Shown in pieces: positions 42,352 through 51,203 of a stretch of 64,000 bases of DNA. Under the pieces are notes generated by a model that was not told where the DNA came from, searched no databases, and saw only the letters and a program-made list of their open reading frames with translations. The first letter of the stretch is position 1; every line of letters begins with the position of its first letter. Made by a program: the position numbers and the translations under genes. This DNA is from Candidatus Dormiibacterota bacterium (GTDB lineage: Bacteria; Chloroflexota; Dormibacteria; Aeolococcales; Aeolococcaceae): the NCBI GenBank assembly GCA_035995545.1, contig DASYKI010000016.1, forward strand, positions 820,335 through 884,334. The letters are read 5' to 3'.

Positions 42352-45012
42352 TCATCCACCGATGTCCTGCGCCGTGTGGGGCGATGAGCCGGCGTCGCCG
42401 TGAATCGCCGCGGCCACCCCGGCCACCAGGGTGCGCTCGTCGAACGGCTTCTGGATCAGGGTCAATCCCGGTGCCAGCTCGCCCTGCGGACCGAGCACAC
42501 CCTCGCTGTATCCCGACATGTACACCACGGGCACGCCTGGCCGCCGCTGGCGGATGCGCTCCGCCACCTCGCGGCCGGACATCTGCGGCATCAGCACGTC
42601 GGTGAGCAGCAGGGCGAACTCGTTGCTGGCGGCGAGTGCGAGCGCCTCCTCGGCGGTCCCCGCCTCCAGCACTCGATACCCGTTGCGCCGCAGCATGCGC
42701 ACCGTCACGGTGCGCACGGCGTCGTCGTCCTCGAGGACGAGCAGTGTCTCGCCACTGGACTGGTGCGGCGCGGGCAGTGCCGTGTCGGCCGCGGCGATGG
42801 CCTCCTCGTCGGCCACCGGGAGGTGGACGCGGATCGTCGTGCCCAGCCCGTTCTCCGAGTAGATGCCCACGTGGCCGCCCGCCGCCGACACGATGCCGTA
42901 GACGGTGGCAAGCCCGAGGCCGGTGCCGAATCCCTTTGGCTTGGTGGTGAAGAAGGGCTCGAAGGCGTGGGCGATGACCTCGGCGCTCATGCCGGTGCCG
43001 GTGTCGCTCACCATCAGCCGCGCGTAGGCGCCGGGCTGGACGTCGCGCTGGGTGCTCGCCTGCTCGTCGTCGATGACCACCGCGCCGGTCTCGATGGTCA
43101 GCGTGCCGCCGTTGCGCATGGCGTCACGCGCGTTGACGGCGAGGTTGACCAGGATCTGCTCCATGCGTCCCCGGTCGGCGCGCACCGGCGGCGCCGACGA
43201 GTCGGTGTGCACCACCAGCTCGATGTGCTCACCCAGGGTGCGCTGCAGCAGCGAGTGCATGTCGGACACCACGCCGTTGATGTCGAGGATCTCGGCGTCG
43301 ACGGAGTCCTGGCGCCCGAAGATGAGCAGCTGCCGGGTCAGGCGCGCGGCGCGTTCCGCCGCCTTGCGGATCTCCTCGGCGTCGCGCCGCACCGACTCCT
43401 CGGTGGCGCCCTCGACGACGAACTGCGCGTAGTTGAGGATCACCGCCAGCAGGTTGTTGAAGTCGTGGGCGACGCCGCCGGCGAGCTGGCCGAGGCTCTG
43501 CAGCCGTTCCGAGCGTCGCAGCCGCCGCTCGATCTCCTCGCGCTCGCGCTCGGCACGGACTCGCTCGGTGACGTCGACGGCCACGGTGACGATGCCGTCG
43601 GGGTTGCCCGCCTGGTCGCGCAGCGGGCTGTAGCGGACGTCGAGAATGCGGCCGTACGCCTCCACCTCGGCGGTCATCGCCTCGCCGGCGAGGACGCGCC
43701 GCATGCGGTCCGCGTGTCCCGGGTAGGCGGTGAACAGCTCGTCGATCGACCGGCCCACCAGCCCCTGCGGTCCGAAGCCCTCGCCGAGGCTGCGGCCGAC
43801 CTGGATGTAGGTCATCACGCCGGCGTCGTCGTAGGCGCTGAGCCCGACGGGGGCGTTCTCGAGCACGGCCTGCATGCGCGCCTCGGCGGCACGGCGGGCG
43901 TCCTCGGCCTCGACGACGTCGGTGATGTCGCGCGCGATCCTGGAGATGCCGGTGACCCTGCCGTCGACGTCCGCGATGGGCGACGCCGACACCGAGACGT
44001 GCACCGAACGCCCGCTGCGGTGGACGCGCGTGGTCCGGTACGGCGGGATGGTTGCCCCGCCCGCGACGGCGGCGCGCATCTCGACCTCCGCGGTGAGTCC
44101 TTCGGGGGGCACCAGCGCGTCGATGCTGCGTCCCAGCACCTCGGATTCCGCATAGCCGTAGAGCGACTGCGCGGCGCGGTTCCAGCTGGTGATGTCGCCG
44201 TCCAGCGTGGTGGCGATGATGGCATCGCCGGAGGAGGTGACGATCGCCGCCTGCCGCTCGGTGCGTTCCTGCTCGCTGAGGTCGCGGATCACGGTGGCGA
44301 CGCCGGTGATGCTGCCGCTCTGGTCGCGGATCGGTGAGACGGTGAGCGACACGTTGACCGTCGTCCCGTCCTTGCGCATGCGCTGGGCGTGATGCTCCTC
44401 GACGCGCTCACCGGCCTGGACGCGGCGCAGCAGCTCGCTGCCACCGCTGCGCTCGGCGGGGAGCAGCAGGAACTCGCCGCGGGTGCCGAGCACCTCCTCC
44501 GCCGCGTACCCGAAGATGCGCTCGGCGGAGCGATTCCAGCTGGTGATGACGCCGTCGCCGATGCCGATGATGGCGTCGTACGACGACTGCACGATGGCGG
44601 CGAGGCGCGCCTGCGCCTCCTCGGCCAGCTTGCGCGCGGTGATGTCGACGACGACCACCTGCATGTAGTCGGGCTCGCCGTTGCCGCTGTGCACCATCCG
44701 CGCGGAGATGTCGCCCCAGACGATGCTCCCGTCGGGGCGCAGGAACCGCCGCTCCACGCGCACGTCCTGCAGCGTCCCATCGTCGAGGGCGCGCCGCGTC
44801 GCCGTCGAGTCCACCCTGTCGTTGGCGGCGAGGAGGTCGCCGTGGGTGGCCTGCAGCAGCTCCTCCTCGGTGCGGCCGAGCATGTCGCACAGAGCGCGGT
44901 TGACGGCGAGGACCTCGCCCTCCAGCCTGGCGAAGGCCATGCCCACCGGCGAATCGGCGAACAGCGTGCGCAACCGCTGCACCATGGGATCCGTCATCGG
45001 CGTGCCGTTCAC
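42352..45012 (-). CDS. Hybrid sensor histidine kinase: 4 PAS-like domains + HisKA + HATPase_c + receiver
   Basis: There are four PAS-like repeats. The H-box is GVAHDFNNLL, the N box is NLAVNARDAM, and the G boxes are DTGTGM and GTGLGLA. The C-terminal REC is LLVLEDDD..TDVLMPQMSG. No TM helix is visible. Confidence 0.92.
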   Translation of the reverse strand: MNGTPMTDPMVQRLRTLFADSPVGMAFARLEGEVLAVNRALCDMLGRTEEELLQATHGDLLAANDRVDSTATRRALDDGTLQDVRVERRFLRPDGSIVWGDISARMVHSGNGEPDYMQVVVVDITARKLAEEAQARLAAIVQSSYDAIIGIGDGVITSWNRSAERIFGYAAEEVLGTRGEFLLLPAERSGGSELLRRVQAGERVEEHHAQRMRKDGTTVNVSLTVSPIRDQSGSITGVATVIRDLSEQERTERQAAIVTSSGDAIIATTLDGDITSWNRAAQSLYGYAESEVLGRSIDALVPPEGLTAEVEMRAAVAGGATIPPYRTTRVHRSGRSVHVSVSASPIADVDGRVTGISRIARDITDVVEAEDARRAAEARMQAVLENAPVGLSAYDDAGVMTYIQVGRSLGEGFGPQGLVGRSIDELFTAYPGHADRMRRVLAGEAMTAEVEAYGRILDVRYSPLRDQAGNPDGIVTVAVDVTERVRAEREREEIERRLRRSERLQSLGQLAGGVAHDFNNLLAVILNYAQFVVEGATEESVRRDAEEIRKAAERAARLTRQLLIFGRQDSVDAEILDINGVVSDMHSLLQRTLGEHIELVVHTDSSAPPVRADRGRMEQILVNLAVNARDAMRNGGTLTIETGAVVIDDEQASTQRDVQPGAYARLMVSDTGTGMSAEVIAHAFEPFFTTKPKGFGTGLGLATVYGIVSAAGGHVGIYSENGLGTTIRVHLPVADEEAIAAADTALPAPHQSSGETLLVLEDDDAVRTVTVRMLRRNGYRVLEAGTAEEALALAASNEFALLLTDVLMPQMSGREVAERIRQRRPGVPVVYMSGYSEGVLGPQGELAPGLTLIQKPFDERTLVAGVAAAIHGDAGSSPHTAQDIGG

Positions 45013-45030
45013 CTTCTTCGTACAGACCGA

Positions 45031-46227
45031 TCAGTCAGGAGGCTTGGCGGCGGTCAGTGGCTGGGGCCGTCCGAGCAGGTACCCCTGCCCGCGGCTCACC
45101 CCCAGTTCGAGCAGGGTGTCGAGCTCCTCCTCGGTCTCGATGCCCTCGGCGATGATCTCCTTGCCCGTGCGCGAGGCGAAGCTGATCATCGCCGCGGCCA
45201 GCGCCTGCAGGGAGGGATCGGCGTCGATGCCGCGGGTCAGCGCGATGTCCAGCTTGATGATGTCCGGGCCCAGCTTGACGATGTGGCGCAGGCTGGCGAA
45301 GCCGGCGCCGACGTCGTCGACGGCGAGACGCACGCCGCGCGCGGCCAGCGGTGCCAGGGCGTCGCGGAGGCGGTCGTAGTCCTCGACCGGGGCGTGCTCT
45401 GTGACCTCGACCACCACCACGCCGGCGCCGGCGAGGTGGTCGAGCACCTCCTGGGCGCTGCGGTTCATGACCGTCGCCGGGGAGGCGTTGACGGCGAGGA
45501 AGACACCCCGGGGGAGCAGTGGGTGGAGCTCGGCGGCGGTGCGGAGCGCGGCCACCTCCAGCTCGGTGCCGCGGCCCAGCGCCGCGGCCTCGGCGAACCA
45601 GTGGTCGGGCGGCCGCTCCGGGGTCATCGCGAAGCGGCTCAGCGCCTCGTAGCCGACCACGCGCCGGGTGGTCAGCTCCACGACGGGCTGGAACACCATG
45701 TGCAGCGCCCCACTCAGCGCCTGCTCGATCAGCCCCAGCCGCTCGCGTCGCACCTCCATCTCGGCGGTGTCCGCCTGAAGGCGCGCGCTGAGGTCGCGGA
45801 CCACGCCGTGGGCGATCTCGTCGGAGAGCGGCGAGCGTCCCTTGGCGACGCGATGGATCGCCTCCAGGATCGCCGAGGGCATCTCGCCCTTGACCAGGTA
45901 GCCGACCGCCCCGGCGCGGAGCATGTCGAGCACGCTGTCGGCGCTGCCGGAGGCGGACAGGGCGACGATGCGGGTGCGCGGTGAGCGGATGCGGATCGCC
46001 CGCGCCGCCTCGACGCCGCCACCGGGCATGCGCACGTCGAGCAGGGCGACGTCGGGCAGGGTGCTCTCGGCCAGGTCGGCGGCCTCGCGGGCGTCGGCGC
46101 CCTTGGCGACCAGCTCCAGGGAGGGGTCGCTGCGGATCAGGTCGCCGAGGGCGTCGCGCACGGTGTCCTCGTCGTCGGCGATGAGGACCCGGACGCGGGG
46201 GCCTCCGGCCGGATTGTCGGCCGTCAT
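45031..46227 (-). CDS. Response regulator with an EAL (c-di-GMP phosphodiesterase) output domain
   Basis: ATG 46227 overlaps the upstream stop (ATGA). The REC is VLIADDEDTVRD..LLDVRMPGGG. EAL blocks are GYEALSRF, AVDDVGAGF, IKLD, EGIETEEE and QGYLLGRP. Confidence 0.9.
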   Translation of the reverse strand: MTADNPAGGPRVRVLIADDEDTVRDALGDLIRSDPSLELVAKGADAREAADLAESTLPDVALLDVRMPGGGVEAARAIRIRSPRTRIVALSASGSADSVLDMLRAGAVGYLVKGEMPSAILEAIHRVAKGRSPLSDEIAHGVVRDLSARLQADTAEMEVRRERLGLIEQALSGALHMVFQPVVELTTRRVVGYEALSRFAMTPERPPDHWFAEAAALGRGTELEVAALRTAAELHPLLPRGVFLAVNASPATVMNRSAQEVLDHLAGAGVVVVEVTEHAPVEDYDRLRDALAPLAARGVRLAVDDVGAGFASLRHIVKLGPDIIKLDIALTRGIDADPSLQALAAAMISFASRTGKEIIAEGIETEEELDTLLELGVSRGQGYLLGRPQPLTAAKPPD

Positions 46228-47354
46228 CGCCCCGCGGCCGCGGCCACTGGAGCGGCGGGGACCCACACCTCGACCACCGTGCCGCGCCCCGGCGCGCTGC
46301 TCACCGTGCACCAGCCGCCAGCCATGGAGGCCCGCTCGCGCATGCCCGAGAGGCCGAGATGGCCCGCCTCGGCGACGGCGAGCACCGCGGGGTCGCAGCC
46401 CTGCCCGGTGTCGCTGACCTGGAGCAGGACGCCGCCGTCGCGCTCGTCGACCATGACCACCACCAGGCACGGGCCGGCGTGCTTGCGCACGTTGATCAGG
46501 GCCTCCTGGGCGACCCGGTAGAGGAGCGTGCGGACCGACTCGGGGGGCTGCTCGGCGAGGCGCTCGACCAGCTCCCACTCCATGCCCCAGTCCTTGCCCT
46601 GCTGGTCCAGGTAGGCGCGCAGCGCAGCGCCCAGTCCGCTGGTGGCCAGCGCGGGCGGGCTGAGGTCGAAGAGCAGCCCGCGCAGGCGGCTGATCGAGAG
46701 CGACACCGACTCCTCCAGCTTGAGCGCGGCCGCCGCCTGCTCTGGGTCGGAGAGGCCGCGGCGCAGCACCTCGAGACGGAAGTTGACCGCGGTCATCACC
46801 TGCACGGCGTCGTCGTGGACGTCGCCGGCGATGCGGCGGCGCTCCTCCTCCTGGGCGTCGACGAGGCGGGCAAGCAGCCGGCGGCGGCGCTCGTCGGAGA
46901 CCTGCAGCGAGCGCAGCGCGTCGGCCAGCGCCGCGGTGCGCTCGGCGACGCGCGCCTCCAGCTGGCTCTGGTTGGCCCGGTTCTCCGCCTCCAGCCGGGC
47001 GCGGCGCAGGGCGTTGGCCACGGCGATCAGCACCTGGTTGCTGTCGAAGGGCTTGGTGACGTAGCCGTAGGCGCCGTAGTCGATGGCCGCCGCCGCCAAG
47101 TAGGGATCGCCGATGCCCGACACCATGACGATGGGCAGGTCGGGATGCACGGCGCGCACGTGGCGCAGCAGGCTGATGCCAGTCTCGTCAGGCATGTTCA
47201 CGTCGGAGATGACCAATTCCCAATCATTGGCCTGCTGCAAGGCCTCACGCGCCTGGGCGCCGCCCTTTGCCTCCACGCAGCGGTACTCGTGCCGCTCCAG
47301 GATGCGGCGCAGCAGCGCGCGCACGTGGGGATCGTCGTCGACGATCAGAATCAT
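46224..47354 (-). CDS. Receiver-domain-fused HisKA_3-type histidine kinase (REC + DHp + HATPase_c)
   Basis: The REC is ILIVDDDPHVR..ISDVNMPDETG. The HisKA_3 H-box is EERRRIAGDVHDDAVQ. The ATPase has LINVRKHAG, DTGQG and GLSGMRERA. Confidence 0.9.
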   Translation of the reverse strand: MILIVDDDPHVRALLRRILERHEYRCVEAKGGAQAREALQQANDWELVISDVNMPDETGISLLRHVRAVHPDLPIVMVSGIGDPYLAAAAIDYGAYGYVTKPFDSNQVLIAVANALRRARLEAENRANQSQLEARVAERTAALADALRSLQVSDERRRRLLARLVDAQEEERRRIAGDVHDDAVQVMTAVNFRLEVLRRGLSDPEQAAAALKLEESVSLSISRLRGLLFDLSPPALATSGLGAALRAYLDQQGKDWGMEWELVERLAEQPPESVRTLLYRVAQEALINVRKHAGPCLVVVMVDERDGGVLLQVSDTGQGCDPAVLAVAEAGHLGLSGMRERASMAGGWCTVSSAPGRGTVVEVWVPAAPVAAAAGR

Positions 47355-47662
47355 CGGCGCCTGCCGCGCACGTTGTGAACCGCCATGTCGTCCTCAACCA
47401 ACGCCTGTCCCCGCTCGCCGATTATGCGCGCTTTCCGGCGTGTGCAAGCCTGCAAACACATGGGGGATGCAACGAAGCTGCAACGCTCGACGCGTTGACC
47501 GGCGGTTGATTCACAAAGGCTTCACCGGCTGCCGTCCGCGAAATGCGGGCGCGTCGCTGGACGTTTCGTCTAGCTTGCGGCCCGACGGTACGGGGCGGCG
47601 CCGCGCTTGCGGCGGAGCGGCCGGCGGCCCCATCATGTCGCCCCGGAACGGGTTGGATCGGG

Positions 47663-49204
47663 TTGGAGGAGCCTGCCATCAGCAACATCGCCGAGCTGTT
47701 CGACGACGGCCTGCGCCGTCACGGCGAGCATCCCTCGCTCTGGTTCGAGGGACGCTGGTACGGCAGCACCGAGCTCAACCGCGCCGGCCACGGCCTCGCC
47801 GGCGGGCTGCGCGACCTCGGCCTCCAGCCGGGCGAGCGCGTCGTGGTGACGATGATGAACTGCCCCGAGGTGGGCATCAGCTACATGGGCGCCTGGACCG
47901 CGGGGCTCGCCGTCGTGCCGGTGCTCTTCCTGCTCACCGCCGAAGAGCTGCGCATGATCGCCGAGGACTCCGGCGCCACCGCCATCGTCACCACGCCGGA
48001 GCTGCTGCCCAAGGTGCGCGAGGTGGCCGCGGCGGTGCCGTCGCTGCGCCACGTGATCTGCGCCGGCGGTGGCGCCGGCGACGGCGTGCTCGACTTCGCC
48101 GAGCTCTGCGACACCGCTGCCGTCGACACGCCCCTGCCCGTCGACGACGGCGAGGCCGCGGTGATCCTCTACACGTCCGGCACCACCGGGCGTCCCAAGG
48201 GCGTGATGCTCACCCACGGCAACCTGCACGCCATGGCCGAGAACGTGCACGCGGCCTGGGACCCGGGTGACGGCCACGTCGGCCTGGCCTGCCTGCCCCT
48301 CTCGCACGTCTACGGGTTGAGCACGACTCTGGCAGGAACCTACCGCCGCGGCCAGGCGGTGCTGATGCGGTGGTTCGACCCCACGCAGGTGCTGCAGCTC
48401 ATCGAGGAGCACCGCGTCACCATGACCGCGCTGGTGCCGGCGATGATGGTCGGGCTGCTCGACCATCCCGACCGGCCGTCGCGCGACCTCTCGTCGCTGC
48501 AGTTCGTCATCAGCGGCGCGGCGCCGTTGCCACTCGACCTGCTGCAGCGCTTCGAAAGCGCCTTCGGCTGCACCGTCCTGCAGGGCTACGGGCTCAGCGA
48601 GAGCGCGGCCCAGTGCGCGCTGAACACGCCGCAGGCCAACCGTCCCGGCTCGGTGGGGCGGCCGGTGCCCGGTGTCGAGGTGGCCATCCTCGGCAGCGAC
48701 GGCGCGCCGCTCGCCGCCGGTGAGGACGGCGAGATCGCCATGCGCGGCGCCAACGTGATGCGCGGCTACCACGGCATGCCCGAGGAGTCGGCGAAGACCG
48801 TCGTCGACGGCTGGCTGCGCACCGGCGACGTCGGCCACCTCGACGCCGACGGCTTCCTCTACGTGCTCGACCGCAGCAAGGACCTGATCATCCGCGGCGG
48901 GTTCAACATCATCCCGCGCGACGTCGAGGAGGTGCTGGTGGCCCATCCCGCGGTGTCGCAGGCGGCGGTGATCGGCTTGCCGCACGAGCGACTCGGCGAG
49001 GTGGTGCACGCAGTCGTCGTCCTGACACCCGGCGCCAGTGCCACGGACGAGGAGCTGATCGCCCACTGCCGCGAGCGGCTCGCCTCGTACAAGTGCCCGC
49101 AGAGCCTGGAGCTTCGCGGCGGGCTGCCGACCAACAGCACCGGCAAGGTGCTCAAGCGCCAGCTGCGCGAGGAGCACGTCGCAGCGGCCGCCACGGCCTC
49201 ATGA
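47663..49204 (+). CDS. AMP-dependent acyl-CoA synthetase/ligase (FadD-like)
   Basis: The AMP-binding motif is ILYTSGTTGRPKGVMLTHGN. Other blocks are GYGLSE and TGDVGHLDADGFLYVLDRSKDLIIRGGFNI. The start is uncertain: TTG 47663 is assumed, and a perfect GGAGGAG sits 6 nt before ATC 47678. Confidence 0.88.
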   Translation: MEEPAISNIAELFDDGLRRHGEHPSLWFEGRWYGSTELNRAGHGLAGGLRDLGLQPGERVVVTMMNCPEVGISYMGAWTAGLAVVPVLFLLTAEELRMIAEDSGATAIVTTPELLPKVREVAAAVPSLRHVICAGGGAGDGVLDFAELCDTAAVDTPLPVDDGEAAVILYTSGTTGRPKGVMLTHGNLHAMAENVHAAWDPGDGHVGLACLPLSHVYGLSTTLAGTYRRGQAVLMRWFDPTQVLQLIEEHRVTMTALVPAMMVGLLDHPDRPSRDLSSLQFVISGAAPLPLDLLQRFESAFGCTVLQGYGLSESAAQCALNTPQANRPGSVGRPVPGVEVAILGSDGAPLAAGEDGEIAMRGANVMRGYHGMPEESAKTVVDGWLRTGDVGHLDADGFLYVLDRSKDLIIRGGFNIIPRDVEEVLVAHPAVSQAAVIGLPHERLGEVVHAVVVLTPGASATDEELIAHCRERLASYKCPQSLELRGGLPTNSTGKVLKRQLREEHVAAAATAS

Positions 49205-49376
49205 CTTGCAAAATCCACAAACGCACCAACTAGTGCAATAGCAACGAAAATCAGGCTCCGGTTGGAGGCCGCGACGCCACTTCGCGCTTGACAGTCGGGG
49301 TGCGCCCTTCGACACTTCCGGTCGGAAGGTCTTGTGGGAACACATCCCGCACCTCGTCGGTTGGAGGCTTGCCACC

Positions 49377-51203
49377 ATGCGCATCCTGCTGTCCACTCTC
49401 GGACGTTATGCGCCTGTCGGTGTGCTGGCGGGCATCCAGCTTGCGGTGATCGCCATGGCGCCCTCGGTGGCGCCGTCCAACCTGGCCGAGGCGCCGGCGG
49501 CGATCGGCAGCAGCGCCGACGCCGGCACGGGAGCCGGTGGCGCCGGCGGCGCGGGCGGTGCTGCATCCGGTGGCGCCGCGGGTGCGGTCACCGGACCGGT
49601 GACGGGAGGCGCGGTCGCCGGAGGGGCCGCTGCGGCCGGCGGCCCGGCCGCGGCGCACGCCGCCGCGGCGGGACCGGTGGCGGCCAGCGGCGACACCTCG
49701 CACTGCGTCGGCGGCCGGGAGTTCGACGTGGCCCTTGCCTGGTTCGCGCCGCCGTGCGTGGCGGGGACGCCCGGCGGCACCGACATCGCCAACGGCGGCG
49801 CGACCTACCGCAGCGGGGTGACCGGCAACACCATCGAGATCGTCGACTACATCACCAACTACGGCGCCGAGATCAACGCCATCCTGGCGGCGCAGCACCA
49901 GCTGGTGACCGCCGAGGAGGCCACCAAGTACGACGCCGCCGTCCAGAACTTCCTCAACAAGAAGTTCGTGCTCTGGGGCCGGAAGATCCACATCGACACC
50001 GTCGCCGGCCAGTGCAACTACCAGGACGACAACTGCATGATCCCCGAGCTCGAAGGGGTGATCAAGAACTACCACCCGTACATGATGTTGTGGTTCACCA
50101 CGGTGTGCCCCGAGTGCTTCAGCTACATCGCCAGCCGCGGTGTCATCGCCGTCGGTGGGCTGGGCTTCAGCGGCGACTTCGCCAAGGCCAATGCGCCGTT
50201 CTACTACTCGGCGACGGGCTCCTCGACGCTCATCGAGGAGGCCTTCGCGGAGTGGTGGTGCTCGAGCATGTCGAGCGCCAACTCCAGCCGGGTGGTGACC
50301 TACACGGGCGACCAGAACGTCAGCCAGAAGATGAACGGCCGAAAACGCGTCCTCGGCTTCATCTCGCCCAACAAGCCGGACAACGAGAACACCATCCAGA
50401 ACTACCTCTGGCCGCGCCTCAAACAGCTCTGCGGTGAGGATCCCAGCACCTTTCACCACTACTGGTACGCCCAGGACATCAACACCGCGGCGCAGCAGGT
50501 GCAGGCCGGCAACGCGCAGATGGACACGCCGACCAACCCGGCCACCTCGGTGGTCTGCATCTGCGACGTGGTCGCGCCCGAGTTCACCTACCAGGGCGAG
50601 CAGAACAACAACTACTGGCCGGAGAACATCATCGCCGACGTGCAGGGCATGGGCCAGGACCCCTCGGCGCAGCCCTACGACGCCGCCTTCTCCTGTCCCA
50701 ACGGCAACGCCAGCAATCCCTGCTCCTTCGACGACGCGGTGGGAGTCACCGTCGCCGATCCCCCGGAGGACCAGAACAACGACCCCGGCATCCGCATCTG
50801 GCACGAGGGCGGCGGCACCGGGCCGCTTCCCGGCGACTCCCAGGGTGACCAGCTCAGCGGGATCCTCGCCTCGTCGCTGTCCGCACAGTGGGTGATGATG
50901 GCCACCCTGATCGAGAACGCGGGACCGCGCTTGGAGCCCTACTCGATGCAGAAGGCGGCGCTGCAGATCCCGCCGATCAGCGGTGGCAACCACCCGGTGC
51001 TGCAGTTCAGCGCCGACGACTGGCACTGGACGCGAAGCGTGCGCGTGGTGTGGTGGGACGCGCATCGCAAGTCGTCGTACAACAACCAGAACGGCACCTG
51101 GGTGAGCTGGCCGAGCCCGACCACCTGGTTCACCATGCGCAGCTTCCCCGACGAACCGGGCGGGCCGCCAGGCATCCCGCCGGCGCGGCAGCGAACCTCG
51201 TGA
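49377..51203 (+). CDS. TM-anchored, Cys-rich divergent Liv-type (type I PBP-like) substrate-binding protein
   Basis: ATG 49377 has GGAGG 9 nt upstream. There is an N-terminal TM helix (VGVLAGIQLAVIAMAPSV), a Gly/Ala-rich linker, then GVTGNTIEIVDYI, the same kind of start as in SBP 10859..13366. I count 12 Cys in the ectodomain. Confidence 0.7.
   Translation: MRILLSTLGRYAPVGVLAGIQLAVIAMAPSVAPSNLAEAPAAIGSSADAGTGAGGAGGAGGAASGGAAGAVTGPVTGGAVAGGAAAAGGPAAAHAAAAGPVAASGDTSHCVGGREFDVALAWFAPPCVAGTPGGTDIANGGATYRSGVTGNTIEIVDYITNYGAEINAILAAQHQLVTAEEATKYDAAVQNFLNKKFVLWGRKIHIDTVAGQCNYQDDNCMIPELEGVIKNYHPYMMLWFTTVCPECFSYIASRGVIAVGGLGFSGDFAKANAPFYYSATGSSTLIEEAFAEWWCSSMSSANSSRVVTYTGDQNVSQKMNGRKRVLGFISPNKPDNENTIQNYLWPRLKQLCGEDPSTFHHYWYAQDINTAAQQVQAGNAQMDTPTNPATSVVCICDVVAPEFTYQGEQNNNYWPENIIADVQGMGQDPSAQPYDAAFSCPNGNASNPCSFDDAVGVTVADPPEDQNNDPGIRIWHEGGGTGPLPGDSQGDQLSGILASSLSAQWVMMATLIENAGPRLEPYSMQKAALQIPPISGGNHPVLQFSADDWHWTRSVRVVWWDAHRKSSYNNQNGTWVSWPSPTTWFTMRSFPDEPGGPPGIPPARQRTS

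Noticed and set aside
47501-47511. 11-mer GGCGGTTGATT shared between the 47.5-kb intergenic region and the post-tRNA spacer (63253-63263)
   Set aside because: Single 11-nt matches are expected by chance many times in 64 kb of compositionally biased sequence, and there is no extended similarity around them.
49199-49396. 65-aa minus ORF with a Cys-rich end (CYCTSWCVCGFCKS) in the leader upstream of the second Liv-like system
   Set aside because: It is antisense to a probable promoter/5' UTR. It has no RBS and no signal peptide, and its unusual composition simply reflects the lower-GC spacer.
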